Source of the DNA: the human T2T-CHM13v2.0 reference genome, Homo sapiens
Length of the DNA: 64,000 nt
Assembly (NCBI RefSeq): GCF_009914755.1
Contig: NC_060940.1
Strand: one strand, 5' to 3'
In this document: one piece after another, positions 24,501-39,500 of the stretch
Position numbering within the stretch: position 1 is the first letter of the stretch
How the letters are laid out: the number at the start of each line of letters is the position of its first letter
Position numbers and translations under genes: made by a program
The notes under the pieces: model-generated
Database searches by the model: none
What the model saw: the letters and a program-made list of their open reading frames with translations, nothing else
What the model was told of the DNA's origin: nothing

Positions 24501-27500
24501 GCAGAAAAGGAAATATCTTCGTATAAAAACCCGACAGAATCATTCTCAGAAACTGCTCTGTGATGTGTGCGTTCAACTCACAGAGTTTAACTTTTCTTTT
24601 CATTCAGCAGTTTGGAAACACTCTGTTTGTAAAGTCTGCAAGTGGATATATTGGCCTCTTAGAGGCCTTCGTTGGAAACGGGTTTTTTTCATGTAAGGTT
24701 AGACAAAGGAATTCCCAGTAACTTCCTTGTGTTGTGTGCATTCAACCCACAGAGTTGAATGATTCTTTACACAGAGCAGATTTGAGACACTCTTTTGGTG
24801 GAATTTGTAAGTGGAGAATTCAGCCGCTTTGAGGTCAATGGTAGAAAAGGAAATATCTTCGTATAAAAACTAGACAGAATGATTCTCAGAAACTGTTTTG
24901 TGATGTGTGCGTTCAACTCACAGAGTTTAACGTTTCTTTTCAAAGAGCAGTTAGGAAACACTCTGTTTGTAAAGTCTGCAAGTGGATATTCAGACCTCTT
25001 TGAGGCCTTCGTTGGAAACGGGATTTCTTCATATTATGCTAGACAGAAGAATTCTCAGTAACTTCCTTGTGTTGTGTGTATTCAACTCACAGAGTTGAAC
25101 GATCCTTTACACAGAGCAGATTTGAAACACTCTTTTTCTGGAATTTGCAAGTGGAGATTTCAGCCGCTTTGAGGTCAATGGTAGAAAAGGAAATATCTTC
25201 GTATAAAAACTAGACAGAATGATTCTCAGAAACTCCTTTGTGATGTGTGCGTTCAACTCACAGAGTTTAACCTTTCTTTTCACAGAGCAGTTAGGAAACA
25301 CTCTGTTTGTGAAGTCTGCCAGTGGATATTCGGACCTCTTTGAGGCCTTCGTTGGAAACGGGATTTCTTCATATTATGCTAGACAGATTTCTCAGTAACT
25401 ACTTTGTGTTGTGTGTATGCAACTCACAGAGTTCATCCTGCCTTTAGACAGAGCAGATTTGAAACACTCTTTTTGTGGAATTTGCAAGTGGAGATTTCAA
25501 GCGCTTCGACGCCAATGGTCGAAAAGGGAATATCTTCGTATAAAAACAAGACAAAATCATTCCCAGAAACTGCGTAGTGATGTGTGTGTTTAACTCACAG
25601 ACTTTAACCTTTCTTTTCATACAGAATGCTGGAAACCCTCTGTTTGTAAAGTCTGCAAGTGTATATTTGGATCTCTTAGATGCCTTCGTTGGAAACGGGA
25701 TTTCATCATATAATGGTAGAGGGAAGAATTCTCAGTAACTTCTTTGTGTTGTGTGTATTCAACTGACAGAGTTGAACCTTCCTTTAGACAGAGCAGATTT
25801 GAAAGTCTCTTTTTGTGGAATTTGCAAGTGGAGATTTCAAGCGCTTTGAGGCCAAAAGCAGAAAAGGAAATATTTTCCTATAAAAACTAGACAGAATCAT
25901 TCTCAGAAACTGCTCTGTGATGTGTGCGTTCAACTCACAGAGTTTAACTTTTCTTTTCATTCAGCAGTTTGGAAACACTCTGTTTGTAAAGTCTGTCGTG
26001 GATATTTTGACCTCTTTGAGGCCTTGGTTGGAAACGGGTTTTTTTCATGTAAGGCTAGACAGAGGAAATCTCAGTAACTTCCTTGTGTTGTGTGTATTCA
26101 ACTGACAGGGTTGAACCTTCCTTTAGACAGAGCAGATTCCAAACACTCTTTTTCTGCAATTTGCAAGTGGAGACTTCAAGCGCTTTGAGGCCAAAGGCAG
26201 AAAAGGAAATATCTTCGTATAAAAACCCGACAGAATCATTCTCAGAAACTGCTCTGTGATGTGTGCGTTCAACTCACAGAGTTTAACTTTTCTTTTCATT
26301 CAGCAGTTTGGAAACACTCTGTTTGTAAAGTCTGTCGTGGATATTTTGACCTCTTTGAGGCCTTGGTTGGAAACGGGTTTTTTTCATGTAAGGCTAGACA
26401 GAGGAAATCTCAGTAACTTCCTTGTGTTGTGTGTATTCAACTGACAGGGTTGAACCTTCCTTTAGACAGAGCAGATTCCAAACACTCTTTTTCTGCAATT
26501 TGCAAGTGGAGACTTCAAGCGCTTTGAGGCCAAAGGCAGAAAAGGAAATATCTTCGTATAAAAACCCGACAGAATCATTCTCAGAAACTGCTCTGTGATG
26601 TGTGCGTTCAACTCACAGAGTTTAACTTTTCTTTTCATTCAGCAGTTTGGAAGCACTCTGTTTGTAAAGTCTGCAAGTGGATATATTGGCCTCTTAGAGG
26701 CCTTCGTTGGAAACGGGTTATTTTCATGTAAGGTTAGACAGAGGAATTCCCAGTAACTTCCTTGTGTTGTGTGCATTCAACTCACAGAGTTGAATGATTC
26801 TTTACACAGAGCAGATTTGAGACACTCTTTTGGTGGAATTTGTAAGTGGAGAATTCAGCCGCTTTGAGGTCAATGGTAGAAAAGGAAATATCTTCGTATA
26901 AAAACTAGACAGAATGATTCTCAGAAACTGTTTTGTGATGTGTGCGTTCAACTCACAGAGTTTAACCTTTCTTTTCAAAGAGCAGTTAGGAAACACTCTG
27001 TTTGTAAAGTCTGCCAGTGGATATTCAGACCTCTTTGAGGCCTTCGTTGGAAACGGGATTTCTTCATATTATGCTAGACAGAAGAATTCTCAGTAACTTC
27101 CTTGTGTTGTGTGTATTCAACTCACAGAGTTGAACGATCCTTTACACGGAGCAGATTTGAAACACTCTTTTTCTGGAATTTGCAAGTGGAGATTTCAGCC
27201 GCTTTGAGGTCAATGGTAGAAAAGGTAATATCTTCGTATAAAAACTAGAGAGAATGATTCTCAGAAACTCCTTTGTGATGTGTGCGTTCAACTCACAGAG
27301 TTTAACCTTTCTTTTCACAGACCAGTTAGGAAACACTCTGTTTGTGAAGTCTGCCAGTGGATATTAGTACCTCTTTGAGGCCTTCGTTGGAAACGGGATT
27401 TCTTCATATTATGCTAGACAGATTTCTCAGTAACTACTTTTTGTTGTGTGTATGCAACTCACAGAGTTCAACCTTCCTTTAGACAGAGCAGATTTGAAAC

Positions 27501-30500
27501 ACTATTTTTGTGGAATTTGCAAGTGGAGATTTCAAGCACTTCGACGCCAATGGTCGAAAAGGAAATATCTTCGTATAAAAACAAGACAAAATCATTCCCA
27601 GAAACTGCGTAGTGATGTGTGTGTTTAACTCACAGAGTTTAACCTTTCTTTTCATACAGCATTCTGGAAACCCTCTGTTTGTAAAGTCTGCAAGTGGATA
27701 TTTGGACCTCTTAGATGCCTTCGTTGGGAACGGGATTTCTTCATATAATGCTAGAGGGAAGAATTCTTAGTAACTTCTTTGTGTTGTGTGTATTCAACTG
27801 ACAGAGTTGAACCTTCCTTTAGACAGAGCAGATTTGAAAGTCTCTTTTTGTCGAATTTGCAAGTGGAGATTTCAAGCGCTTTGAGGCCAAAAGCAGAAAA
27901 GGAAATATTTTCCTATAAAAACTAGACAGAATCATTCTCAGAAACTGCTCTGTGATGTGTGCGTTCAACTCACAGAGTTTAACTTTTCTTTTCATTTAGC
28001 AGTTTGGAAACACTCTGTTTGTAAAGTCTGCCGTGGATATTTTGACCTCTTTGAGGCCTTGGTTGGAAACGGGTTTTTTTCATGTAAGGCTAGACAGAGG
28101 AAATCTCAGTAACTTCCTTGTGTTGTGTGTATTCAACTGACAGGGTTGAACCTTCCTTTAGACAGAGCAGATTCCAAACACTCTTTTTCTGCAATTTGCA
28201 AGTGGAGACTTCAAGCGCTTTGAGGCCAAAGGCAGAAAAGGAAATATCTTCGTATAAAAACCCGACAGAATCATTCTCAGAAACTGCTCTGTGATGTGTG
28301 TGTTCAACTCACAGAGTTTAAATTTCTTTTCATTCAGCAGTCTGGAAACACTCTGTTTGTAAAGTCTGCAAGTGGATATATTGGCCTCTTAGAGGCCTTC
28401 GTTGGAAATGGGTTTTTTTCATGTAAGGTTAGACAGAGGAATTCCCAGTAACTTCCTTGTGTTGTGTGCATTCAACTCACAGAGTTGAATGATTCTTTAC
28501 ACAGAGCAGATTTGAGACACTCTTTTGGTGGAATTTGTAAGTGGAGAATTCAGCCGCTTTGAGGTCAATGGTAGAAAAGGAAATATCTTCGTATAAAAAC
28601 TAGACAGAATGATTCTCAGAAACTGTTTTGTGATGTGTGCGTTCAACTCACAGAGTTTAACCTTTCTTTTCAAAGAGCAGTTAGGAAACACTCTGTTTGT
28701 AAAGTCTGCAAGTGGATATTCAGACCTCTTTGAGGCCTTCGTTGGAAACGGGATTTCTTCATATTATGCTAGACAGAAGAATTCTCAGTAACTTCCTTGT
28801 GTTGTGTGTATTCAACTCACAGAGTTGAACGATCCTTTACACAGAGCAGATTTGAAACACTCTTTTTCTGGAATTTGCAAGTGGATATTTCAGCCGCTTT
28901 GAGGTCAATGGTAGAAAAGGAAATATCTTCGTATAAAAACTAGACAGAATGATTCTCAGAAACTCCTTTGTGATGTGTGCGTTCAACTCACAGAGTTTAA
29001 CCTTTCTTTTCTCAGAGCAGTTAGGAAACACTCTGTGAAGTCTGCCAGTGGATATTCGGACCTCTTTGAGGCCTTCGTTGGAAACGGGATTTCTTCATAT
29101 TATGCTAGACAGATTTCTCAGTAACTACTTTGTGTTGTGTGTATGCAACTCACAGAGTTCATCCTGCCTTTAGACAGAGCAGATTTGAAACACTCTTTTT
29201 GTGGAATTTGCAAGTGGAGATTTCAAGCGCTTCGACGCCAATGGTCGAAAAGGAAATATCTTCGTATAAAAACAAGACAAAATCATTCCCAGAAACTGCG
29301 TAGTGATGTGTGTGTTTAACTCACAGAGTTTCACCTTTCTTTTCATACAGAACTCTGGAAACCCTCTGTTTGTAAAGTCTGCAAGTGTATATTTGGACTT
29401 CTTAGATGCCTTCGTTGGAAATAGGATTTCGTCATATAATGGTAGAGGGAAGAATTCTCAGTAACTTCTTTGTGTTGTGTGTATTCAACTGACAGAGTTG
29501 GACCTTCCTTTAGACAGAGCAGATTTGAAAGTCTCTTTTTATGGAATTTGCAAGTGGAGATTTCAAGCGCTTTGAGGCCAAAAGCAGAAAAGGAAATATT
29601 TTCCTATAAAAACTAGACAAAATCATTCTCAGAAACTGCTCTGTGATGTGTGCGTTCAACTCACAGAGTTTAACTTTTCTTTTCATTCAGCAGTTTGGAA
29701 ACACTCTGTTTGTAAAGTCTGCCGTGGATATTTTGACCTCTTTGAGGCCTTGGTTGGAAACGGGTTTTTTTCATGTAAGGCTAGACAGAGGAAATCTCAG
29801 TAACTTCCTTGTGTTGTGTGTATTCAACTGACAGGGTTGAACCTTCCTTTAGACAGAGCAGATTCCAAACACTCTTTTTCTGCAATTTGCAAGTGGAGAC
29901 TTCAAGCGCTTTGAGGCCAAAGGCAGAAAAGGAAATATCTTCGTATAAAAACCCGACAGAATCATTCTCAGAAACTGCTCTGTGATGTGTGCGTTCAACT
30001 CACAGAGTTTAAATTTCTTTTCATTCTGAAGTTTGGAAACACTCTGTTTGTAAAGTCTGCAAGTGGATATATTGGCCTCTTAGAGGCCTTCGTTGGAAAC
30101 GGGTTTTTTTCATGTAAGGTTAGACAGAGGAATTCCCAGTAACTTCCTTCTGTTGTGTGCATTCAACTCACAGAGTTGAATGATTCTTTACACAGAGCAG
30201 ATTTGAGACACTCTTTTGGTGGAATTTGTAAGTGGAGAATTCAGCCGCTTTGAGGTCAATGGTAGAAAAGGAAATATCTTCGTATAAAAACTAGACAGAA
30301 TGATTCTCAGAAACTGTTTTGTGATGTGTGCGTTCAACTGACAGAGTTTAACCTTTCTTTTCAAAGAGCAGTTAGGAAACACTCTGTTTGTAAAGTCTGC
30401 AAGTGGATATTCAGACCTCTTTGAGGCCTTTGTTGGAAACGGGATTTCTTCATATTATGCTAGACAGAAGAATTCTCAGTAACTTCCTTGTGTTGTGTGT

Positions 30501-33500
30501 ATTCAACTCACAGAGTTGAACGATCCTTTACACAGAGCAGATTTGAAACACTCTTTTTCTGGAATTTGCAAGTGGAGATTTCAGCCGCTTTGAGGTCAAT
30601 GGTAGAAAAGGAAATATCTTCGTATAAAAACTAGACAGAATGATTCTCAGAAACTCCTTTGTGATGTGTGCGTTCAACTCACAGAGTTTAACCTTTCTTT
30701 TCTCAGAGCAGTTAGGAAACACTCTGTGAAGTCTGCCAGTGGATATTCGGACCTCTTTGAGGACTTCGTTGGAAACGGGATTTCTTCATATTATGCTAGA
30801 CAGATTTCTCAGTAACTACTTTGTGTTGTGTGTATGCAACTCACAGAGTTCATCCTTCCTTTAGACAGAGCAGATTTGAAACACTCTTTTTGTGGAATTT
30901 GCAAGTGGAGATTTCAAGCGCTTCGACGCCAATGGTCGAAAAGGAAATATCTTCGTATAAAAACAAGACAAAATCATTCCCAGAAACTGCGTAGTGATGT
31001 GTGTGTTTAACTCACAGACTTTAACCTTTCTTTTCATACAGAACTCTGGAAACCCTCTGTTTGTAAAGTCTGCAAGTGTATATTTGGACCTCTTAGATGC
31101 CTTCGTTGGAAATGGGATTTCGTCATATAATGGTAGAGGGAAGAATTCTCAGTAACTTCTTTGTGTTGTGTGTATTCAACTGACAGAGTTGAACCTTCCT
31201 TTAGACAGAGCAGATTTGAAAGTCTCTTTTTGTGGAATTTGCAAGTGGAGATTTCAAGCACTTTGAGGCCAAAAGCAGAAAAGGAAATATTTTCCTATAA
31301 AAACTAGACAGAATCATTCTCAGAAACTGCTCTGTGATGTGTGCGTTCAACTCACAGAGTTTAACTTTTCTTTTCATTCAGCAGTTTGGAAACACTCTGT
31401 TTGTAAAGTCTGCCGTGGATATTTTGACCTCTTTGAGGCCTTGGTTGGAAACGGGATTTTTTCATGTAAGGCTAGACAGAGGAAATCTCAGTAACTTCCT
31501 TGTGTTGTGTGTATTCAACTGACAGGGTTGAACCTTCCTTTAGACAGAGCAGATTCCAAACACTCTTTTTCTGCAATTTGCAAGTGGAGACTTCAAGCGC
31601 TTTGAGGCCAAAGGCAGAAAAGGAAATATCTTCGTATAAAAACCCGACAGAATCATTCTCAGAAACTGCTCTGTGATGTGCGCGTTCAACTCACAGAGTT
31701 TAACTTTTCTTTTCATTCAGCAGTTTGGAAACACTCTGTTTGTAAAGTCTGCAAGTGGATATATTGGCCTCTTAGAGGCCTTCGTTGGAAACGGGTTTTT
31801 TTCATGTAAGGTTAGACAGAGGAATTCCCAGTAACTTCCTTGTGCTGTGTGCATTCAACTCACAGAGTTGAATGATTCTTTACACAGAGCAGATTTGAGA
31901 CACTCTTTTGGTGGAATTTGTAAGTGGAGAATTCAGCCGCTTTGAGGTCAATGGTAGAAAAGGAAATATCTTCGTATAAAAACTAGACAGAATGATTCTC
32001 AGAAACTGTTTTGTGATGTGTGTGTTCAACTCACAGAGTTTAACCTTTCTTTTCAAAGAGCAGTTAGGAAACACTCTGTTTGTAAAGTCTGCAAGTGGAT
32101 ATTCAGACCTCTTTGAGGCCTTCGTTGGAAACGGGATTTCTTCATATTATGCTAGACAGAAGAATTCTCAGTAACTTCCTTGTGTTGTGTGTATTCAACT
32201 CACAGAGTTGAACGATCCTTTACACAGAGCAGATTTGAAACACTCTTTTTCTGGAATTTGCAAGTGGAGATTTCAGCCGCTTTGAGGTCAATGGTAGAAA
32301 AGGAAATATCTTCGTATAAAAACTAGACAGAATGATTCTCAGAAACTCCTTTGTGATGTGTGCGTTCAACTCACAGAGTTTAACCTTTCTTTTCTCAGAG
32401 CAGTTAGGAAACACTCTGTGAAGTCTGCCAGTGGATATTCGGACCTCTTTGAGGCCTTCGTTGGAAACGGGATTTCTTCATATTATGCTAGACAGATTTC
32501 TCAGTAACTACTTTGTGTTGTGTGTATGCAACTCACAGAGTTCATCCTTCCTTTACACAGAGCAGATTTGAAACACTCTTTTTGTGGAATTTGCAAGTGG
32601 AGATTTCAAGCGCTTCGACGCCAATGGTCGAAAAGGAAATATCTTCGTATAAAAACAAGACAAAATCATTCCCAGAAACTGCGTAGTGATGTGTGTGTTT
32701 AACTCACAGACTTTAACCCTTCTTTTCATACAGAACTCTGGAAACCCTCTGTTTGTAAAGTCTGCAAGTGTATATTTGGACCTCTTAGATGTCTTCGTTG
32801 GAAATGGGATTTCGTCATATAATGGTAGAGGGAAGAGTTCTCAGTAACTTCTTTGTGTTGTGTGTATTCAACTGACAGAGTTGAACCTTCCTTTAGACAG
32901 AGCAGATTTGAAAGTCTCTTTTTGTGGAATTTGCAAGTGGAGATTTCAAGCACTTTGAGGCCAAAAGCAGAAAAGGAAATATTTTCCTATAAAAACTAGA
33001 CAGAATCATTCTCAGAAACTGCTCTGTGATGTGTGCGTTCAACTCACAGAGTTTAACTTTTCTTTTCATTCAGCAGTTTGGAAACACTCTGTTTGTAAAG
33101 TCTGCCGTGGATATTTTGACCTCTTTGAGGCCTTGGTTGGAAACGGGTTTTTTTCATGTAAGGCCAGACAGAGGAAATCTCAGTAACTTCCTTGTGTTGT
33201 GTGTATTCAACTGACAGGGTTGAACCTTCCTTTAGACAGAGCAGATTCCAAACACTCTTTTTCTGCAATTTGCAAGTGGAGACTTCAAGCGCTTTGAGGC
33301 CAAAGGCAGAAAAGGAAATATCTTCGTATAAAAACCCGACAGAATCATTCTCAGAAACTGCTCTGTGATGTGTGCGTTCAACTCACAGAGTTTAACTTTT
33401 CTTTTCATTCAGCAGTTTGGAAACACTCTGTTTGTAAAGTCTGCAAGTGGATATATTGGCCTCTTAGAGGCCTTCGTTGGAAACGGGTTTTTTTCATCTA

Positions 33501-36500
33501 AGGTTAGACAGAGGAATTCCCAATAACTTCCTTGTGTTGTGTGCGTTCAACTCACAGAGTTGAATGACTCTTTACACAGAGCAGATTTGAGACACTCTTT
33601 TGGTGCAATTTGTAAGTGGAGAATTCAGCCGCTTTGAGGTCAATGGTAGAAAAGGAAATATCTTCGTATAAAAACTAGACAGAATGATTCTCAGAAACTG
33701 TTTTGTGATGTGTGCGTTCAACTCACAGAGTTTAACCTTTCTTTTCAAAGAGCAGTTAGGAAACACTCTGTTTGTAAAGTCTGCCAGTGGATATTCAGAC
33801 CTCTTTGAGGCCTTCGTTGGAAACGGGATTTCTTCATATTATGCTAGACAGAAGAATTCTCAGTAACTTCCTTGTGTTGTGTGTATTCAACTCACACAGT
33901 TGAACGATCCTTTACACAGAGCAGATTTGAAACACTCTTTTTCTGGAATTTGCAAGTGGAGATTTCAGCCGCTTTGGGGTCAATGGTAGAAAAGGAAATA
34001 TCTTCGTATAAAAACTAGACAGAATAATTCTCAGAAACTCCTTTGTGATGTGTGCGTTCAACTCACAGAGTTTAACCTTTCTTTACACAGACCAGTTAGG
34101 AAACACTCTGTTTGTGAAGTCTGCCAGTGGATATTCGGACCTCTTTGAGGCCTTCGTTGGAAAAGGGATTTCTTCATATTATGCTAGACAGATTTCTCAG
34201 TAACTACTTTGTGTTGTGTGTATGCAACTCACAGAGTTCAACCTTCCTTTAGACAGAGCAGATTTGAAACACTCTTTTTGTGGAATTTGCAAGTGGAGAT
34301 TTCAAGCACTTGGACGCCAATGGTCGAAAAGAAAATATCTTCGTATAAAAACAAGACAAAATCATTCCCAGAAACTGCGTAGTGATGTGTGTGTTTAACT
34401 CACAGAGTTTAACCTTTCTTTTCATACAGCATTCTGGAAACCCTCTGTTTGTAAAGTCTGCAAGTGGATATTTGGACCTCTTAGATGCCTTCGTTGGAAA
34501 CGGGATTTCTTCATATAATGCTAGAGGGAAGAATTCTTAGTAACTTCTTTGTGTTGTGTGTATTCAACTGACAGAGTTGAACCTTCCTTTAGACAGAGCA
34601 GATTTGAAAGTCTCTTTTTATGGAATTTGCAAGTGGAGATTTCAAGCGCTTTGAGGCCAAAAGCAGAAAAGGAAATATTTTCCTATAAAAACTAGACAGA
34701 ATCATTCTCAGAAACTGCTCTGTGATGTGTGCGTTCAACTCACAGAGTTTAACTTTTCTTTTCATTCAGCAGTTTGGAAACACTCTGTTTGTAAAGTCTG
34801 CCGTGGATATTTTGACCTCTTTGAGGCCTTGGTTGGAAACGGGTTTTTTTCATGTAAGGCTAGACAGAGGAAATCTCAGTAACTTCCTTGTGTTGTGTGT
34901 ATTCAACTGACAGGGTTGAACCTTCCTTTAGACAGAGCAGATTCCAAACACTCTTTTTCTGCAATTTGCAAGTGGAGACTTCAAGCGCTTTGAGGCCAAA
35001 GGCAGAAAAGGAAATATCTTCGTATAAAAACCCGACAGAATCATTCTCAGAAACTGCTCTGTGATGTGTGCGTTCAACTCACAGAGTTTAACTTTTCTTT
35101 TCATTCAGCAGTTTGGAAACACTCTGTTTGTAAAGTCTGCAAGTGGATATATTGGCCTCTTAGAGGCCTTCGTTGGAAACAGGTTTTTTTCATGTAAGGT
35201 TAGACAGAGGAATTCCCAGTAACTTCCTTGTGTTGTGTGCATTCAACTCACAGAGTTGAATGATTCTTTACACAGAGCAGATTTGAGACACTCTTTTGGT
35301 GGAATTTGTAGATGGAGAATTCAGCCGCTTTGAGGTCAATGGTAGAAAAGGAAATATCTTCGTATAAAACCTAGACAGAATGATTCTCAGAAACTGTTTT
35401 GTGATGTGTGCGTTCAACTCACAGAGTTTAACCTTTCTTTTCAAAGAGCAGCTAGGAAACACTCTGTTTGTAAAGTCTGCAAGTGGATATTCAGACCTCT
35501 TTGAGGCCTTCGTTGGAAACGGGATTTCTTCATATTATGCTAGACAGATTTCTCAGTAACTACTTTGTGTTGTGTGTATGCAACTCACAGAGTTCATCCT
35601 TCCTTTAGACAGAGCAGATTTGAAACACTCTTTATGTGGAATTTGCAAGTGGAGATTTCAAGCGCTTCGACGCCAATGGTCGAAAAGGAAATATCTTCGT
35701 ATAAAAACAAGACAAAATCATTCCCAGAAACTGCGTAGTGATGTGTGTGTTTAACTCACAGAGTTTAACCTTTCTTTTCATACAGCATTCTGGAAACCCT
35801 CTGTTTGTAAAGTCTGCAAGTGGATATTTGGATCTCTTAGATGCCTTCGTTGGAAACGGGATTTCTTCATATAATGCTAGAGGGAAGAATTCTTAGTAAC
35901 TTCTTTGTGTTGTGTGTATTCAACTGACAGAGTTGAACCTTCCTTTAGACAGAGCAGATTTGAAAGTCTCTTTTTGTGGAATTCGCAAGTGGAGATTTCA
36001 AGCGCTTTGAGGCCAAAAGCAGAAAAGGAAATATTTTCCTATAAAAACTAGACAGAATCATTCTCAGAAACTGCTCTGTGATGTGTGCGTTCAACTCACA
36101 GAGTTTAACTTTTCTTTTCATTCAGCAGTTTGGAAACACTCTGTTTGTGAAGTCTGCCGTGGATATTTTGACCTCTTTGAGGCCTTGGTTGGAAACGGGT
36201 TTTTTTCATGTAAGGCTAGACAGAGGAAATCTCAGTAACTTCCTTGTGTTGTGTGTATTCAACTGACAGGGTTGAACCTTCCTTTAGACAGAGCAGATTC
36301 CAAACACTCTTTTTCTGCAATTTGCAAGTGGAGACTTTAAGCGCTTTGAGGCCAAAGGCAGAAAAGGAAATATCTTCGTATAAAAACCCGACAGAATCAT
36401 TCTCAGAAACTGCTCTGTGATATGTGCGTTCAACTCACAGAGTTTAAATTTCTTTTCATTCAGCAGTTTGGAAACACTCTGTTTGTAAAGTCTGCAAGTG

Positions 36501-39500
36501 GATATATTGGCCTCTTAGAGGCCTTCGTTGGAAACGGGTTTTTTTCATGTAAGGTTAGACAGAGGAATTCCCAGTAACTTCCTTGTGTTGTGTGCATTCA
36601 ACTCACAGAGTTGAATGATTCTTTACACAGAGCAGATTTGAGACACTCTTTTGGTGGAATTTGTAAGTGGAGAATTCAGCCGCTTTGAGGTCAATGGTAG
36701 AAAAGGAAATATCTTCGTATAAAAACTAGACAGAATGATTCTCAGAAACTGTTTTGTGATGTGTGCGTTCAACTCACAGAGTTTAACCTTTCTTTTCAAA
36801 GAGCAGTTAGGAAACACTCTGTTTGTAAAGTCTGCAAGTGGATATTCAGACCTCTTTGAGGCCTTCGTTGGAAACGGGATTTCTTCATATTATGCTAGAC
36901 AGAAGAATTCTCAGTAACTTCCTTGTGTTGTGTGTATTCAACTCACAGAGTTGAACGATCTTTTACACAGAGCAGATTTGAAACACTCTTTTTCTGGAAT
37001 TTGCAAGTGGATATTTCAGCCGCTTTGAGGTCAACGGTAGAGAAGGAAATATCTTCCTATAAAAACTAGACAGAATGATTCTCAGAAACTCCTTTGTGAT
37101 GTGTGCGTTCAACTCACAGAGTTTAACCTTTCTTTTCTCAGAGCAGTTAGGAAACACTCTGTGAAGTCTGCCAGTGGATATTCGGACCTCTTTGAGGCCT
37201 TCGTTGGAAACGGGATTTCTTCATATTGTGCTAGACAGATTTCTCAGTAACTACTTTGTGTTGTGTGTATGGAACTCACAGAGTTCATCCTTCCTTTAGA
37301 CAGAGCAGATTTGAAACACTCTTTTTGTGGAATTTGCAAGTGGAGATTTCAAGCGCTTCGACGCCAATGGTCGAAAAGGAAATATATTCGTATAAAAACA
37401 AGACAAAATCATTCCCAGAAACTGCGTAGTGATGTGTGTGTTTAACTCACAGACTTTAACCTTTCTTTTCATACAGAACTCTGGAAACCCTCTGTTTGTA
37501 AAGTCTGCAAGTGGATATTTGGACCTCTTAGATGCCTTCGTTGGAAATGGGATTTCGTCATATAATGGTAGTGGGAAGAATTCTCAGTAACTTCTTTGTG
37601 TTGTGTGTATTCAACTGACAGAGTTGAACCTTCCTTTAGACAGAGCAGATTTGAAAGTCTCTTTTTGTGGAATTTGCAAGTGGAGATTTCAAGCACTTTG
37701 AGGCCAAAAGCAGAAAAGGAAATATTTTCCTATAAAAACTAGACAGAATCATTCTCAGAAACTGCTCTGTGATGTGTGCGTTCAACTCACAGAGTTTAAC
37801 TTTTCTTTTCATTCAGCAGTTTGGAAACACTCTGTTTGGAAAGTCTGCACGTGGATATTTTGACTTCTTTGACGCCTTCGTTGGAAACTGGTTTTTTTCA
37901 TGTAAGGCTAGACAGAGGAAATCTCAGTAACTTCCTTGTGTTGTGTGTATTCAACTGACAGGGTTGAACCTTCCTTTAGACAGAGCAGATTCCAAACACT
38001 CTTTTTCTGCAATTTGCAAGTGGAGACTTCAAGCGCTTTGAGGCGAAAGGCAGAAAAGGAAATATCTTCGTATAAAAACCCGACAGAATCATTCTCAGAA
38101 ACTGCTCTGTGATGTGTGCGTTCAACTCACAGAGTTTAACTTTTCTTTTCATTTAGCAGTTTGGAAACACTCTGTTTGTAAAGTCTGCAAGTGGATATAT
38201 TGGCCTCTTAGAGGCCTTCGTTGGAAATGGGTTTTTTTCATGTAAGGTTAGACAGAGGAATTCCCAGTAACTTCCTTGTGTTGTGTGCATTCAACTCACA
38301 GAGTTGAATGATTATTTACACAGAGCAGATTTGAGACACTCTTTTGGTGGAATTTGTAAGTGGAGAATTCAGCCGCTTTGAGGTCAATGGTAGAAAAGGA
38401 AATATCTTCGTATAAAAACTAGACAGAATGATTCTCAGAAACTCTTCTGTGATGTGTGCGTTCAACTCACAGAGTTTAACCTTTCTTTGCAAAGAGCAGT
38501 TAGGAAACACTCTGTTTGTAAATTCTGCAAGTGGATATTCATACCTCTTTGAGGCCTTCGTTGGAAACGGGATTTCTTCATATTATGCTAGACAGAAGAA
38601 TTCTCAGTAACTTCCTTGTGTTGTGTGTATTCAACTCACAGAGTTGAACGATCCTTTACACAGAACAGATTTGAAACACTCTTTTTCTGGAATTTGCAAG
38701 TGGAGATTTCAGCCGCTTTGAGGTCAATGGTAGAAAAGGAAACATCTTCATATAAAAACTAGACAGAATGATTCTCAGAAACTCCTTTGTGATGTGTGCG
38801 TTCAACTCACAGAGTTTAACCTTTCTTTTCACAGAGCAGTTAGGAAACACTCTGTTTGTGAAGTCTGCCAGTGGATATTCGGACCTCTTTGAGGCCTTCT
38901 TTGGAAACGGGATTTCTTCATATTACGCTAGACAGATTTCTCAGTAACTACTTTGTGTTGTGTGTATGCAACTCACAGAGTTCATCCTTCCTTTAGACAG
39001 AGCAGATTTGAAGCACTCTTTTTGTGGAATTTGCAAGTGGAGATTTTAAGCGCTTCGACGCCAATGGTCGAAAAGGAAATATCTTCTTATAAAAACAAGA
39101 CAAAATCATTCCCAGAAACTGCGTAGTGATGTGTGTGTTTAACTCACAGAGTTTAACCTTTCTTTTCATACAGCATTCTGGAAACCCTCTGTTTGTAAAG
39201 TCTGCAAGTGGATATTTGGACCTCTTAGATGCCTTCGTTGGAAACGGGATTTCTTCATATAATGCTAGAGGGAAGAATTCTTAGTAACTTCTTTGTGTTG
39301 TGTGTATTCAACTGACAGAGTTGAACCTTCCTTTAGAAAGAGCAGATTTGAAAGTCTCTTTTTGTGGAATTTGCAAGTGGAGATTTCAAGCGCTTTGAGG
39401 CCAAAACAGAAAAGGAAATATTTTCCTATAAAAACTAGACAGAATCATTCTCAGAAACTGCTCTGTGATGTGTGCGTTCAACTCACAGAGTTTAACTTTT

